Assembly: GCA_963825505.1 (NCBI GenBank)
Contig: CAWGTL010000010.1
Location: 128,080-192,079, forward strand
Direction: 5' to 3'
From: an uncultured Actinomycetota bacterium
GTDB taxonomy: Bacteria > Actinomycetota > Actinomycetes > Actinomycetales > CAWJMD01
Length of the DNA stretch: 64,000 bases
Part shown: positions 1 to 9,120 of the stretch, in pieces
How positions within the stretch are numbered: the stretch's first letter is position 1
Layout: the number at the start of each line of letters is the position of its first letter
The notes under the pieces: generated by a model
Database searches by the model: none
Told to the model about the DNA's origin: nothing
The model's input: the letters and a program-made list of their open reading frames with translations, nothing else
Position numbers and translations under genes: made by a program

Positions 1-426
1 CTCCTCGGCGCCGGCCGCGCCACCGACGTGGTGGCCGTCGCCGAGTTCTCGGTGCAGGTCGGCGAGCACACCGACACCGCCACGCTGATGCTGCCGCTGG
101 CACCGCTGCTGGCCCGGCTGTCCGCGCTGACCCCGCAGGAGGTGCGCACCCCGCAGGAGGTGGAGCGGGCCGCCCTGGCCGCCCGCACCCTGCGCTCGAC
201 CCTGCCCGAGGTGCCGGTCGAGGTCGGCGTCAGCATGACCGGCCTCCAGCTCCCGCCCGAGCAGCTGCTGACCCTCGCGGTCGGCGACGTGCTCCGCCTG
301 CCCCACCCCGCCGACCGCCCGCTGCAGGTCGCCGTCGCCGGCGTGCCGGTGGCGCGCGGCGTCACGACCACCCGCGGCCCCCGCCGCGCCTGCCTGATCG
401 TCGCCCACCAGGAGGACCCCCGATGA
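1..426 (+). CDS. fliM: Flagellar motor switch protein FliM, C-terminal part (5' end lies outside the window)
   Basis: Frame 1 is open from base 1. SpoA-like C-terminal segment (LTLAVGDVLRLPHPADRPLQVAVAGVPVARG). Stop overlaps the fliN start (ATGA 423-426). Sits ahead of fliN-fliO-fliPQR. Confidence 0.7.
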   Translation, partial: LLGAGRATDVVAVAEFSVQVGEHTDTATLMLPLAPLLARLSALTPQEVRTPQEVERAALAARTLRSTLPEVPVEVGVSMTGLQLPPEQLLTLAVGDVLRLPHPADRPLQVAVAGVPVARGVTTTRGPRRACLIVAHQEDPR

Positions 427-1175
427 CCGCCACCACCACCACCCCGCACGGCACCGGGACGCCCGGGTCCGACGCGATGGTGGCCACCGCCGCCCGGGCC
501 GCGGCCCCGCTGCTGCCGGCACCGCACCCGCTCGTGCCCGCTCCGGGCGCCGGCGCCGACCCCGTCGCCACCGCCGTCGTGCACGTCGCGAGCTTCACCG
601 GCAGCCGCAGCGGCGAGGTGGTGGTCGCCCTGGACGGCGCGCTCGTCGAGGCCCTCACCGCCGGGGCCCCGGGCCTCGAGGTGGCCGACGTCGTGCGTCC
701 CGCCCTCGAGGCGGCCGCCGCCTCCCTCGGTCCGTCGGTGCTGAGCACCGTGCGGCCCGCTCTCGTCGACGACTTCCCGAAGGGATCGTTCGTGGCGCTG
801 CTCGGCGACGGCGCGCCGCTGGGGTGGGTCGGTCTCACCGTCCGCGCCGAAGGTGCCCCGCCGGTGCCGCGACAGGGCACGGTGCACGCAGACAGCGGCG
901 CGCCAGCCGCGCAGGCGCTCGGCGGCCTCGGCCTGAACCTGCTCCGCGACGTCGAGATGACGCTGTCGGTGGAGGTCGGGCGGGCCCGGATGACCGTCCG
1001 CGAGCTGCTCGAGCTCACGCCGGGCTCGGTCGTCGAGCTCGACCGTGCCGCCGGCGCACCCGCCGACCTGCTGGTCAACGGCCGGGTGATCGCCCGGGGC
1101 GAGGTGGTCGTGGTCGACGAGGACTTCGGCCTGCGCATCACCGAGCTGGTCGAGCCCGGCGGTCCGCCCGCCTGA
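423..1175 (+). CDS. fliN: Flagellar motor switch protein FliN with a long Ala/Pro-rich N-terminal extension
   Basis: C-terminal SpoA domain LRDVEMTLSVEVGRARMTVRELLELTPGSVVELDRAAGAPADLLVNGRVIARGEVVVVDEDFGLRITELV. Confidence 0.85.
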   Translation: MTATTTTPHGTGTPGSDAMVATAARAAAPLLPAPHPLVPAPGAGADPVATAVVHVASFTGSRSGEVVVALDGALVEALTAGAPGLEVADVVRPALEAAAASLGPSVLSTVRPALVDDFPKGSFVALLGDGAPLGWVGLTVRAEGAPPVPRQGTVHADSGAPAAQALGGLGLNLLRDVEMTLSVEVGRARMTVRELLELTPGSVVELDRAAGAPADLLVNGRVIARGEVVVVDEDFGLRITELVEPGGPPA

Positions 1176-1222
1176 CCTGCTCGCACCGCACCGCACCGCC
1201 CGCGCCGACGACGCCGTCGCGT

Positions 1223-1258
1223 CCCTGCCCCACGCCCTGCCCCACGCCCTGCCCCACG
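1223..1258. repeat. 3 x 12-bp perfect tandem repeat CCCTGCCCCACG in the fliN-fliO spacer
   Basis: Read directly: ccctgccccacg ccctgccccacg ccctgccccacg. It is preceded by a (CACCG)x3 run at about 1184-1200. Confidence 0.9.
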
Positions 1259-1304
1259 CCGGACCCACGCCCGCACCGCACGACACCCGAGGGAGACGCC
1301 ACCG

Positions 1305-1805
1305 ATGGAGACCGCCGGCCTGCTGCTGCGCGTCGTCGTCGCGCTCGTCAGCGTGCTCGGTCTGGTCTGGCTGTTCTCCCGAGGCATGACCCGTGGCCGT
1401 GGTCGGCGCCTCGTCCCGGGAATGACCGAGGTGCTCTCGCGCCAGGTGCTCTCGCGCGCCGCCAGCGTCGTCGTCGTGCGGGTGGGGGACAAGGCGCTCG
1501 TGCTCGGCGTCACCGAGCAGCAGGTGAACGTGCTCGGCGAGACCGACCTGCCCGCCGAGGACGACGCCGCGGCCCCGCGTCGCACCGAGAAGATCGACCT
1601 CCCGGACGACCTCACCCCGCCGCCGGCGACGGCTCCCGCGGACGACGTCGCCGACGCGCTGGTGCCGCGCCAGCGTCGGCGCCGCGCCGCAGCCGCAGCC
1701 GCCCAGGGACCCCGCACGGACGGTGCGCTCGCCGGCTCGGCGCTCTCGCCGGCCACCTGGACCCAGGCGCTCGACGTCCTGCGCGAGCGGACCACCCGCC
1801 GATGA
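1305..1805 (+). CDS. fliO: Flagellar biosynthesis protein FliO
   Basis: Single N-terminal TM (LLLRVVVALVSVLGLVWLF) followed by VLSRQVLSRAASVVVVRVGDKALVLGVTEQQVNVLGE. GAGGGAG SD upstream. Stop overlaps the fliP start (ATGA). Confidence 0.8.
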   Translation: METAGLLLRVVVALVSVLGLVWLFSRGMTRGRGRRLVPGMTEVLSRQVLSRAASVVVVRVGDKALVLGVTEQQVNVLGETDLPAEDDAAAPRRTEKIDLPDDLTPPPATAPADDVADALVPRQRRRRAAAAAAQGPRTDGALAGSALSPATWTQALDVLRERTTRR

Positions 1806-2695
1806 GCGCCCCGCTGCGAGCCAGGACCGTCGTCCTGGTGCTCGCGCTCGCCGCCCTCGCCACGCTCGCCGGGCTGCTCGCCGCCGCCCCCGCGTCGGCC
1901 GTCGGCCCGCCGACCGCGGTGACGCAGGCCGTGCACGCCGGACCGACGTCTCCGGTCGCGCCGACCCCGCCGGTCGCGCCCTCGGGCGCTCCCACCAGCG
2001 ACCCGCTCACGGGCGACCAGCCGACCGTCTCGATCGACATCAACGGCGTCGACGGCAAGCCGAGCAGCTCGATCGTCGTGATCCTCGCGATCACCGCGCT
2101 GTCCGTGGCGCCGGCCCTGCTGCTGATGACGACGTCGTTCACCAAGATCTTCGTGGTGCTCTCGATCACCCGGAACGCGCTGGGGCTCACCGCCGTCCCG
2201 CCGAACCAGGTGATCGCCGGTCTCGCGCTCTTCCTCAGCCTGTTCGTGATGGGTCCGGTGCTGAGCGAGGTCAACGACCTCGGCGTCCAGCCCTACCTCG
2301 CGGGCGAGGTGACCCAGCAGCAGGCGTTCGAGGACGGCGTCGAGCCGCTGCGGGAGTTCATGCTCGACCACACCCGCGCCGAGGACCTCGCGCTCGTCAC
2401 CCGCGCCGCCGACCGGCCCAACCCCGAGAACCGCGGCGACACACCACTGCTCACCCTGATCCCGGCGTTCGTGCTGTCGGAGCTGCGGGCCGCGTTCATC
2501 ATCGGCTTCGTCGTGTTCGTGCCGTTCCTCGTGATCGACCTCGTCGTGTCCGCGGCGCTGATGTCGATGGGCATGATGATGCTCCCGCCGGTGACGGTGT
2601 CGCTGCCGTTCAAGCTGCTGCTGTTCGTCCTGGTCGACGGCTGGGGGCTGGTCATCACGGCCGTCATCGGCTCCTACGGATCAGGAGCCACTTAG
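1802..2695 (+). CDS. fliP: Flagellar type III export apparatus protein FliP
   Basis: ATG 1802 lies in the frame of ORF 824-2695. Signal peptide, then MTTSFTKIFVVLSITRNALG, PNQVIAGLALFLSLFVMGPV and IPAFVLSELRAAFIIGF motifs. Confidence 0.92.
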   Translation: MSAPLRARTVVLVLALAALATLAGLLAAAPASAVGPPTAVTQAVHAGPTSPVAPTPPVAPSGAPTSDPLTGDQPTVSIDINGVDGKPSSSIVVILAITALSVAPALLLMTTSFTKIFVVLSITRNALGLTAVPPNQVIAGLALFLSLFVMGPVLSEVNDLGVQPYLAGEVTQQQAFEDGVEPLREFMLDHTRAEDLALVTRAADRPNPENRGDTPLLTLIPAFVLSELRAAFIIGFVVFVPFLVIDLVVSAALMSMGMMMLPPVTVSLPFKLLLFVLVDGWGLVITAVIGSYGSGAT

Positions 2696-2696
2696 C

Positions 2697-2972
2697 GTGA
2701 ACGACGCCTCAGTCCTCGAGATCGCCATGGCCGCGCTCACCATCGCAGCCAAGCTCTGCGCGCCGATCCTGCTCACCGCGCTCATCGTCGGCTTCGCCAT
2801 CTCGCTGTTCCAGTCCGTGACCCAGATCCAGGAGGTCACGCTCAGCTTCGTGCCCAAGGCCGTCGCCGTGGGGATCGCCCTGCTGGTGTGCGGCAACTGG
2901 ATGCTGGCCGAGGTCACCTCGTTCACCACCGGCCTGTACGAGCGGATCCCCGACCTGCTGTCCGGGGGGTGA
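2697..2972 (+). CDS. fliQ: Flagellar export apparatus protein FliQ
   Basis: 91 aa with two TM segments and the FQSVTQIQEVTLSFVPK signature. Lies between fliP and fliR. Confidence 0.9.
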   Translation: MNDASVLEIAMAALTIAAKLCAPILLTALIVGFAISLFQSVTQIQEVTLSFVPKAVAVGIALLVCGNWMLAEVTSFTTGLYERIPDLLSGG

Positions 2973-2975
2973 CCG

Positions 2976-3746
2976 GTGGGCTTCGACGTGCCGCTGGAGC
3001 AGCTGGTGGCCCTGCTGCTCGCCACCGTCCGGTGCGCCTCGTTCCTGCTGCTCGCCCCGCCGTTCTCGCACCGCGCGATCCCCGCGCAGGTCAAGGCGAT
3101 GCTGGCGCTGGGCCTCGCGCTCGCCGTCCTGCCGGACGTGCCCGACTCGCTCGTCGCCGACGGGCTCGACACCGGCGCCCTGGCGGTCAGCGCCGCCCAG
3201 GAGGTCGTGGTCGGCAGCGGGCTGGGCTTCCTGGTCATGGTGGTCTTCGCCGCCGTGCGCGCCGCCGGTGACCTGCTCGACCTGTTCGGCGGGTTCAGCC
3301 TGGCGTTCGCGTTCGACCCGTTGACCCAGAGCGGCTCCGCCGTCCTCGGCCGCACCTTCCAGTGGACCGCCCTCGCCCTGCTGTTCGCCACCAACGGCTA
3401 CGCGCTGGTCCTGGCCGGGCTGCTGCGCACGTTCGAGGTGCTGCCGGTCGGGCAGCTGCTCGACCTGCAGAGCCTCGCCGCCAGCGCGAGCGCGTCCGTC
3501 ACCGGGATGTTCGTCGCCGCGCTGCAGATCGCCGGGCCGATGATCGCGGTGCTGTTCCTCGCCGACGTCGGGCTCGGCCTGCTGACGCGGGTCGCCCCGG
3601 CGCTCAACGCGTTCGCGCTCGGCTTCCCGCTCAAGATCCTCATCACCCTCGTCGTCGTCGGGCTGTCCTTCGTGGCGCTGCCGGCTGTCGTCGAGGGCCT
3701 GGTCGACGACGCGACCCGTGCCGTCGTCGGGACGGCCAGGGGGTGA
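2976..3746 (+). CDS. fliR: Flagellar export apparatus protein FliR
   Basis: 256-aa polytopic membrane protein placed after fliQ and before flhB. Confidence 0.88.
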   Translation: MGFDVPLEQLVALLLATVRCASFLLLAPPFSHRAIPAQVKAMLALGLALAVLPDVPDSLVADGLDTGALAVSAAQEVVVGSGLGFLVMVVFAAVRAAGDLLDLFGGFSLAFAFDPLTQSGSAVLGRTFQWTALALLFATNGYALVLAGLLRTFEVLPVGQLLDLQSLAASASASVTGMFVAALQIAGPMIAVLFLADVGLGLLTRVAPALNAFALGFPLKILITLVVVGLSFVALPAVVEGLVDDATRAVVGTARG

Positions 3747-3752
3747 GCGGGG

Positions 3753-4841
3753 ATGGCTGACGGCGCCGGTGGCGGCGAGAAGACAGAGGCCCCCACACCG
3801 AAGAAGCTCAAGGAGGGGCGCGAGCAGGGCCAGGTGGCCCGCTCGTCCGACCTCGGGGCGTGGCTCGGTGTCGGCGCTGCGGCCCTCGTGCTGCCCCTGG
3901 TCGCGCGCGGCACGCAGGGCGCGGTGGTCGAGCTGCTCGTCAGCCTCGACGCCGTCGCCGCCGACCCCGACCCGGCCAAGGCCCTGGCCGCCTTCACGCA
4001 GGCGCTGGGGCAGTGCGCCCTCGCCCTCGCACCGCTGCTCGCCGTGACGGTGGTGGTGGCGGTCGCGGCCGCCGCCGCCCAGGGTGGCATCCACCTCGCG
4101 ACCAAGGCGGCCAAGCCGCAGTTCTCGCGGCTGAACCCCGCCAAGGGGTTCAAGCGGATCTTCGGCCCGCAGGCGTGGTGGGAGGCGCTGAAGTCGCTGC
4201 TCAAGACCGTCGTGCTCGGACTCGTCCTCTACCAGGTGGTCACCGGCCTCACCCCGTTCCTGCTCGGCTCCGGCTCGATGCCGCTCGCCGCGACGCTGCA
4301 GGCCGTCGGTGGCGGGACGTCGGACCTCATCCGCACCGCCGTGCTGGCCGGCCTCGTGCTCGCCGCGGCGGACTTCGTCGTGCAGAAGCGGCGGATCAAC
4401 AAGCAGCTGCGGATGAGCAAGAAGGAGATCACCGACGAGCACAAGCAGAGCGAGGGCGACCCGCTGCTCAAGGGCGCCATCCGCTCGCGCCAGCTCGCGA
4501 TGAGCCGCAACCGGATGATGAGCGACATCGCCAAGGCCGACGTCGTGCTCGTCAACCCCACGCACGTCGCCGTGGCGCTGCGCTACGACCCGGCCAGGGG
4601 CGCGCCCAGGGTGGTCGCCAAGGGCGCCGGCGCGATCGCCGCGAAGATCCGCGAGAAGGCCACCGAGCACCGCGTCCCGATGGTCGAGGACGTGCCGCTG
4701 GCACGGGCGATCCACGCCGCCTGCGACATCGGCCAGGAGGTGCCGTCCGACCTCTACGCGGCGATCGCGCAGGTGCTCGCGTTCGTGATGCGGTTGCGCT
4801 CGCGCGGCGGCGCGTCGGGGATCCACAAGCTCGCCGCCTGA
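3753..4841 (+). CDS. flhB: Flagellar export switch protein FlhB
   Basis: N-terminal EKTEAPTPKKLKEGREQGQVARS, four TM segments, and the NPTH autocleavage motif (LVNPTHVAVALRY). Confidence 0.93.
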   Translation: MADGAGGGEKTEAPTPKKLKEGREQGQVARSSDLGAWLGVGAAALVLPLVARGTQGAVVELLVSLDAVAADPDPAKALAAFTQALGQCALALAPLLAVTVVVAVAAAAAQGGIHLATKAAKPQFSRLNPAKGFKRIFGPQAWWEALKSLLKTVVLGLVLYQVVTGLTPFLLGSGSMPLAATLQAVGGGTSDLIRTAVLAGLVLAAADFVVQKRRINKQLRMSKKEITDEHKQSEGDPLLKGAIRSRQLAMSRNRMMSDIAKADVVLVNPTHVAVALRYDPARGAPRVVAKGAGAIAAKIREKATEHRVPMVEDVPLARAIHAACDIGQEVPSDLYAAIAQVLAFVMRLRSRGGASGIHKLAA

Positions 4842-4956
4842 CGAGGCAGGACGCGCTCCGAAAACCTCGGCAACTGCTACAGGTGCCCTGCCGCACGGCC
4901 GAAGCACCAAGAGCCAGGACGGCGCACACAAGCGGGCCAGGGACGGGCCACCGCAC

Positions 4957-4991
4957 GACCGGAGCACCTCGACCGAGGTGGGCTCCCGGTC
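4957..4991 (+). promoter_or_regulatory. Extended stem-loop in the flhB-flhA spacer, just 5' of the flhA ribosome-binding site
   Basis: GACCGGAGCACCTC GACC GAGGTGGGCTCCCGGTC forms about 14 bp of pairing with one bulge. GGAAGGA SD at 5001-5007. Confidence 0.35.
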
Positions 4992-5019
4992 GGACGACCC
5001 GGAAGGACCTCGAGCCCGC

Positions 5020-7113
5020 ATGGCCCTGGTGACCCCTGGCACCGCACCGACGGCTGCCGCCCGCCGCCGCCCCGGCGTCGCCGCGCTCGCCGTCCCCGTC
5101 GGCGTCGTGGGCATCGTCCTGCTCCTCGTCGTCCCGATCCCCGCCGCGCTGCTCGACCTGCTGATCGCGCTCAACATCGTCAGCGCCCTGGTCATCCTGC
5201 TGACGTCCATGTACGTGCGGCGTCCGCTCGACTTCGCGATCTTCCCCTCGCTGCTGCTGGTCTTCACCCTGTTCCGGCTGGGCCTGAACGTCGCGTCGAC
5301 GCGGCTCGTGCTCTCGGACGGGTTCGCCGGCAAGGTGATCGACGCGTTCGGCCACTTCGTCGTCGGCGGCTCGCTCGTCATCGGCCTGGTGATCTTCCTG
5401 ATCCTGGTGGTGATCCAGTTCGTCGTCATCACCAACGGCGCGGGCAGGGTCGCCGAGGTCGGCGCGCGGTTCACCCTCGACGCGATGCCGGGCAAGCAGA
5501 TGGCGATCGACGCCGACCTCAACGCCGGCCTCATCGACGAGGACGAGGCGCGCCAACGGCGTGCGGACGTCGGCGCCGAGGCGGACTTCTACGGCGCGAT
5601 GGACGGTGGCTCGAAGTTCGTCAAGGGCGACGCGATCGCCGGCATCGTCATCACCGTCATCAACCTGGTCGGCGGCTTCGCGATCGGCATGCTGCAGAAG
5701 GGGATGGCGCCGGCCGAGGCGCTGGAGACCTACAGCCTGCTGACGATCGGCGACGGCCTGGTCACCCAGATCCCGGCGCTGCTGATGTCGGTCTCCACCG
5801 GCCTCATCGTCACCCGCGCCACCACCCAGGGCGACATGGGCTCCGACGCCGCCGAGCAGCTCGGCCGCAGCAAGCCGGCGCTGATGATCGCCGGTACCGC
5901 GGCCATCGCCCTCGCGCTCGTCCCCGGCATGCCGAAGCTGCCGTTCATCCTGGTCGGCGCGGGCGTGCTGCTGCTCGGCCAGCGGGTGGGGACGAGGGAC
6001 GCCGAGCAGGACGCGCTCTCGATGGAGAAGGCGGTGGTCCCCGCCGTCAACCCGGACACCCCCGAGGCGCTGCGCGCGCAGATGCGGGTCGACCCGCTCG
6101 AGGTGGTGCTCGCCCCCGACCTGGTCGACCTCGTCGACACCGCCGCCGGCGGCGACCTGCTCGACCGCGTCCGCGCCCTGCGCCGCAAGGTCGCGCTCGA
6201 CCTCGGCGTGGTCGTGCCGCCGGTGCGCACCCGCGACAGCGTCGACCTGCCCGTCTCCACCTACGCGATCCGGATCTCCGGGGTGGAGGTCACCCGCGGC
6301 CAGGCGCCCTCCGGCCGCGTGCTCGCCCTCGGCGACGGCCTCGAGGCCCTGCCCGGCACGCCCACCACCGAGCCGGTCTTCGGCCTCCCTGGCCGCTGGG
6401 TGCCGGTCGAGCTGCGGCACCAGGCCGAGCTGGCCGGCGCCACCGTGGTCGACCGCGCCTCGGTGCTGGTCACGCACCTGTCGCAGGTGATCACCACCAA
6501 CGCCGCCCGCCTGCTCAGCCGCGAGGACGTCCGCGCCCTGGTCGACGGCGTCAAGGCCGAGCACCCCGCGGTCGTCGACGAGCTCGTGCCCGGCGCCCTC
6601 TCGCTCGGCGACGTGCAGCGGGTGCTGCAGAACCTGCTCGAGGAGCAGGTCGGCATCCGCGACCTGCCCCGCATCTTCGAGGGCCTGTCCACCCGGGCCC
6701 GGGTCTCCACCGAGGCCGACGGCCTGGTCGAGGCGGCGCGCGCGTCGCTCGGCCCGGCGGTGGCGGCGCCGTACGCCCAGGAGGGTGCGCTCGTCGTCAT
6801 CACGCTGGACCCGCTGCTGGAGCAGTCCTTCGTCGACGCCGTGCGCCCCACCGAGAACGGCGCCGTGCTGTCGCTCGACCCGCACCGGGCCGAGCTCGTG
6901 GTCGACCAGCTGGCCCGTCTCGCCGAGGCGGCGGAGGAGCGGGGCCTGAGCCCGGTCCTGGCCGTCTCGCCGGGACTGCGCCCGGCCACCCGGCGGCTCG
7001 TGACGCTGGGCGTCCCGCGGCTGCCTGTCCTGTCGTACTCCGAGGTCGGAGCGTCCGGCCTGCGGATCGAGACCGTGGGGACGGTGACGCTGACCGATGC
7101 GCTTGCTGCTTGA
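5020..7113 (+). CDS. flhA: Flagellar export gate protein FlhA
   Basis: ATG 5020 is preceded by GGAAGGA; GTG 4978 is an alternative start. Contains FHFVVGG, KFVKGDAIAGIVITVINLVGGFAIG and a C-terminal cytoplasmic domain. Confidence 0.93.
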   Translation: MALVTPGTAPTAAARRRPGVAALAVPVGVVGIVLLLVVPIPAALLDLLIALNIVSALVILLTSMYVRRPLDFAIFPSLLLVFTLFRLGLNVASTRLVLSDGFAGKVIDAFGHFVVGGSLVIGLVIFLILVVIQFVVITNGAGRVAEVGARFTLDAMPGKQMAIDADLNAGLIDEDEARQRRADVGAEADFYGAMDGGSKFVKGDAIAGIVITVINLVGGFAIGMLQKGMAPAEALETYSLLTIGDGLVTQIPALLMSVSTGLIVTRATTQGDMGSDAAEQLGRSKPALMIAGTAAIALALVPGMPKLPFILVGAGVLLLGQRVGTRDAEQDALSMEKAVVPAVNPDTPEALRAQMRVDPLEVVLAPDLVDLVDTAAGGDLLDRVRALRRKVALDLGVVVPPVRTRDSVDLPVSTYAIRISGVEVTRGQAPSGRVLALGDGLEALPGTPTTEPVFGLPGRWVPVELRHQAELAGATVVDRASVLVTHLSQVITTNAARLLSREDVRALVDGVKAEHPAVVDELVPGALSLGDVQRVLQNLLEEQVGIRDLPRIFEGLSTRARVSTEADGLVEAARASLGPAVAAPYAQEGALVVITLDPLLEQSFVDAVRPTENGAVLSLDPHRAELVVDQLARLAEAAEERGLSPVLAVSPGLRPATRRLVTLGVPRLPVLSYSEVGASGLRIETVGTVTLTDALAA

Positions 7114-8604
7114 GGGACCGGCCATCGAGCCGCTGCTGGAGCGGGTGCGGACCGAGCACGGCCCGCAGGCCCGGATCGTGCACGCCGAGCGCGTGCGCAC
7201 CGGCGGCGTCGGCGGGTTCTTCACCCGCGAGCACTTCGAGGTCACCGTCGAGGTGGACGCGCCCGACCTCGGGCTCGCCCGCCAGCCGCTCCCGCCGCCC
7301 GTCCCACCGCCTCGGTCGTCCCGGGGCCCGTCGGGCTCGACGCGCTGCTCGCAGCGGCCGACGCCGCCGAGGGTCACGACTCCGACGCCCCCGTCCTGGC
7401 CGCCCCCGTCCTGGCCGCCCCCGTCCTGGCCGCCCCTGCCGCCCGACTCTCCCCGGAGCCCTCCGCCATGCCCGCCCACGCCCCCGCCCCCGCCGCCACC
7501 CCCTGGGTCTTCCCGCAGGCGACGCCCGCCCGCGCCGCCGGCCTGGACGCCTTCGCCCCCGCGACCTCGACGCTGCTGGTCGAGCCGGACCCGGAGCCCG
7601 TCGTGGCGCCCGCCGTCGCACCGGCGCCGGTCGCGGTCGTGCCCGAGCAGCGCACGGCGCCGGCCGCCGAGACGGTCACCGGACCCGTCCCCGGCCCGCA
7701 CCGGCCGATGTCGACCGAGTCGGTCGCGTTCGCCGACCTGCTCGACCGGCTGCAGCAGGAGAACGCCCACCCGATCCCGCTGCCCGCGGACCGCGGCGAC
7801 GAGCCGGTGGGACCCGAACCCGAGGGGGCCGATGTCGAGGCCGCCGAGGTCGAGCTCGAGCACGCTCAGGTGGACGAGGCGTTCCCGCCCGTGGTGCCTG
7901 CCCCGCGTCGCGGACGTCGTGCCGCCCGCAGCGCGCCGGACGACCTGGCCGGCCGGCTGGCCGCGCTGGGGCTCCCCGCCGAGCTGCTCGACCTCGTGCT
8001 CGAGGGCACGGACGGCGAGCTCGGAGCCGTGGTCTCCCGCCTGCACCTCGTGCTGGCCGACCTGCCCGTCCCGACCACCGACCTGACCCGTCCGGGCGCC
8101 GTCGTGCTCGTCGTGGGGGAGACCGCGCAGGCGACCGCCGCCGCCGCGGCGCTGGCTGCCCGGCACCGGCTCCCGGCCGACGCCGTGGTCGATCTCGGCG
8201 CCGCCGGCGCCGCACCCACTGCCGACCACGTCCGCCGCGAGCTCGCCCGCCTGCGGGGCGGCAGCACCGCCGCCGTCGTGGTCGTCGGCACCGACGCCGT
8301 GGCCGATCCCGCCGGCGACCCGTGGCTCGCGTCCGTGGCGCGCAGCCTCGGCGCCGACCAGGTCGTCGCCTGCGTCGACGCCACCCGCAAGGTCTCCGAC
8401 CTGGCGCGCTGGCTCGGTGGCCTGGAGCGGGTCGGCCTGCCGGTCGGCGCGCTCGACGTCCACCACGTCGGCTCGACCGGCGACCCGGCCGCCGTCCTCG
8501 ACCTCGGCGTGCCGGTGGTCGCTCTCGACGGCGCCCGCGCCGACGCCGCCACCTGGGCCGCCCTGCTGGTCGGCCGCCTGCTCGGTGGGGGAGGCGTCCG
8601 GTGA
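7097..8604 (+). CDS. FlhF-like protein with degenerate GTPase motifs; reading frame is broken as sequenced near 7290-7320
   Basis: N-terminus [53 protein letters not shown] is FlhF B-domain-like (frame 2). The SRP-GTPase-like C-terminal part ([20 protein letters not shown] ... VVVVGTDAV ... [12 protein letters not shown]) is in frame 1, which has no start codon before 7468. Confidence 0.6.
7387..7431. repeat. 3 x 15-bp tandem repeat GCCCCCGTCCTGGCC inside the FlhF-like linker
   Basis: Read directly. It encodes APVLA x3 in the frame that continues into the GTPase-like domain. Confidence 0.9.
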
Positions 8605-8828
8605 ACGTCGCGACGGTCGGGGTGCTGGCGCTGCTGCTCGCGGTACCGGCCGTCCTCGGCCTGGCCGGCGGCAGCATCGACCCCGACGAGGTCGGTCTGC
8701 GCGTCCTGATGGCGGTGGCCGTCGCCGTCGTCGCCGAGATCGTGCTGCGCCGCTTCGTCGACGCGGTCCGCCGTCCCTCCGAGCAGCCGGCTCTGGCCCG
8801 CCGCGAGGGCGACCCGCCCACCGCCTGA
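8601..8828 (+). CDS. Small membrane protein (75 aa), translationally coupled to the FlhF-like gene
   Basis: GTG start overlaps the upstream stop (GTGA). Two hydrophobic segments ([34 protein letters not shown]). Native GC3 bias. Confidence 0.5.
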   Translation: MNVATVGVLALLLAVPAVLGLAGGSIDPDEVGLRVLMAVAVAVVAEIVLRRFVDAVRRPSEQPALARREGDPPTA

Positions 8829-8863
8829 GCGACCGGACCCCGGCGGGGCCATATGCTCGGCGG

Positions 8864-9118
8864 GTGCTGGTGCTGACCCGCCGCAGCGGCGAGAGCGTGA
8901 TGATCGGTGACCAGGTCGTGGTCACCGTCGTCGAGGTGCGCGGTGACGTCGTGCGGCTGGGTATCGAGGCGCCGCGCGAGGTGCGGGTGCACCGCGAGGA
9001 GGTCTACCGCGCCGTCGGCGAGGCCAACGCCGCTGCCGCCACGGCCTCCGAGGACGACATCACCCGGCTGGCCGCCCAGCTGCGCAGCTCCCCGCCGGCG
9101 CCCCCCGCCTCCGGCTGA
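8864..9118 (+). CDS. csrA: Carbon storage regulator / translational repressor CsrA
   Basis: (M)[47 protein letters not shown] matches the CsrA core. GTG start in the frame of ORF 8417-9118. Confidence 0.88.
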   Translation: MLVLTRRSGESVMIGDQVVVTVVEVRGDVVRLGIEAPREVRVHREEVYRAVGEANAAAATASEDDITRLAAQLRSSPPAPPASG

Positions 9119-9120
9119 GC

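Noticed and set aside
362-8925. Very long minus-strand ORFs antisense to the flagellar genes (362-2371, 2709-5534, 4552-8925), and the 572-aa plus-strand ORF 7110-8828.
   Set aside because: Their translations are Arg/Pro/Gly/Ala low-complexity, typical of off-frame reading in very GC-rich DNA. Every segment is already explained by a recognisable flagellar gene on the + strand.
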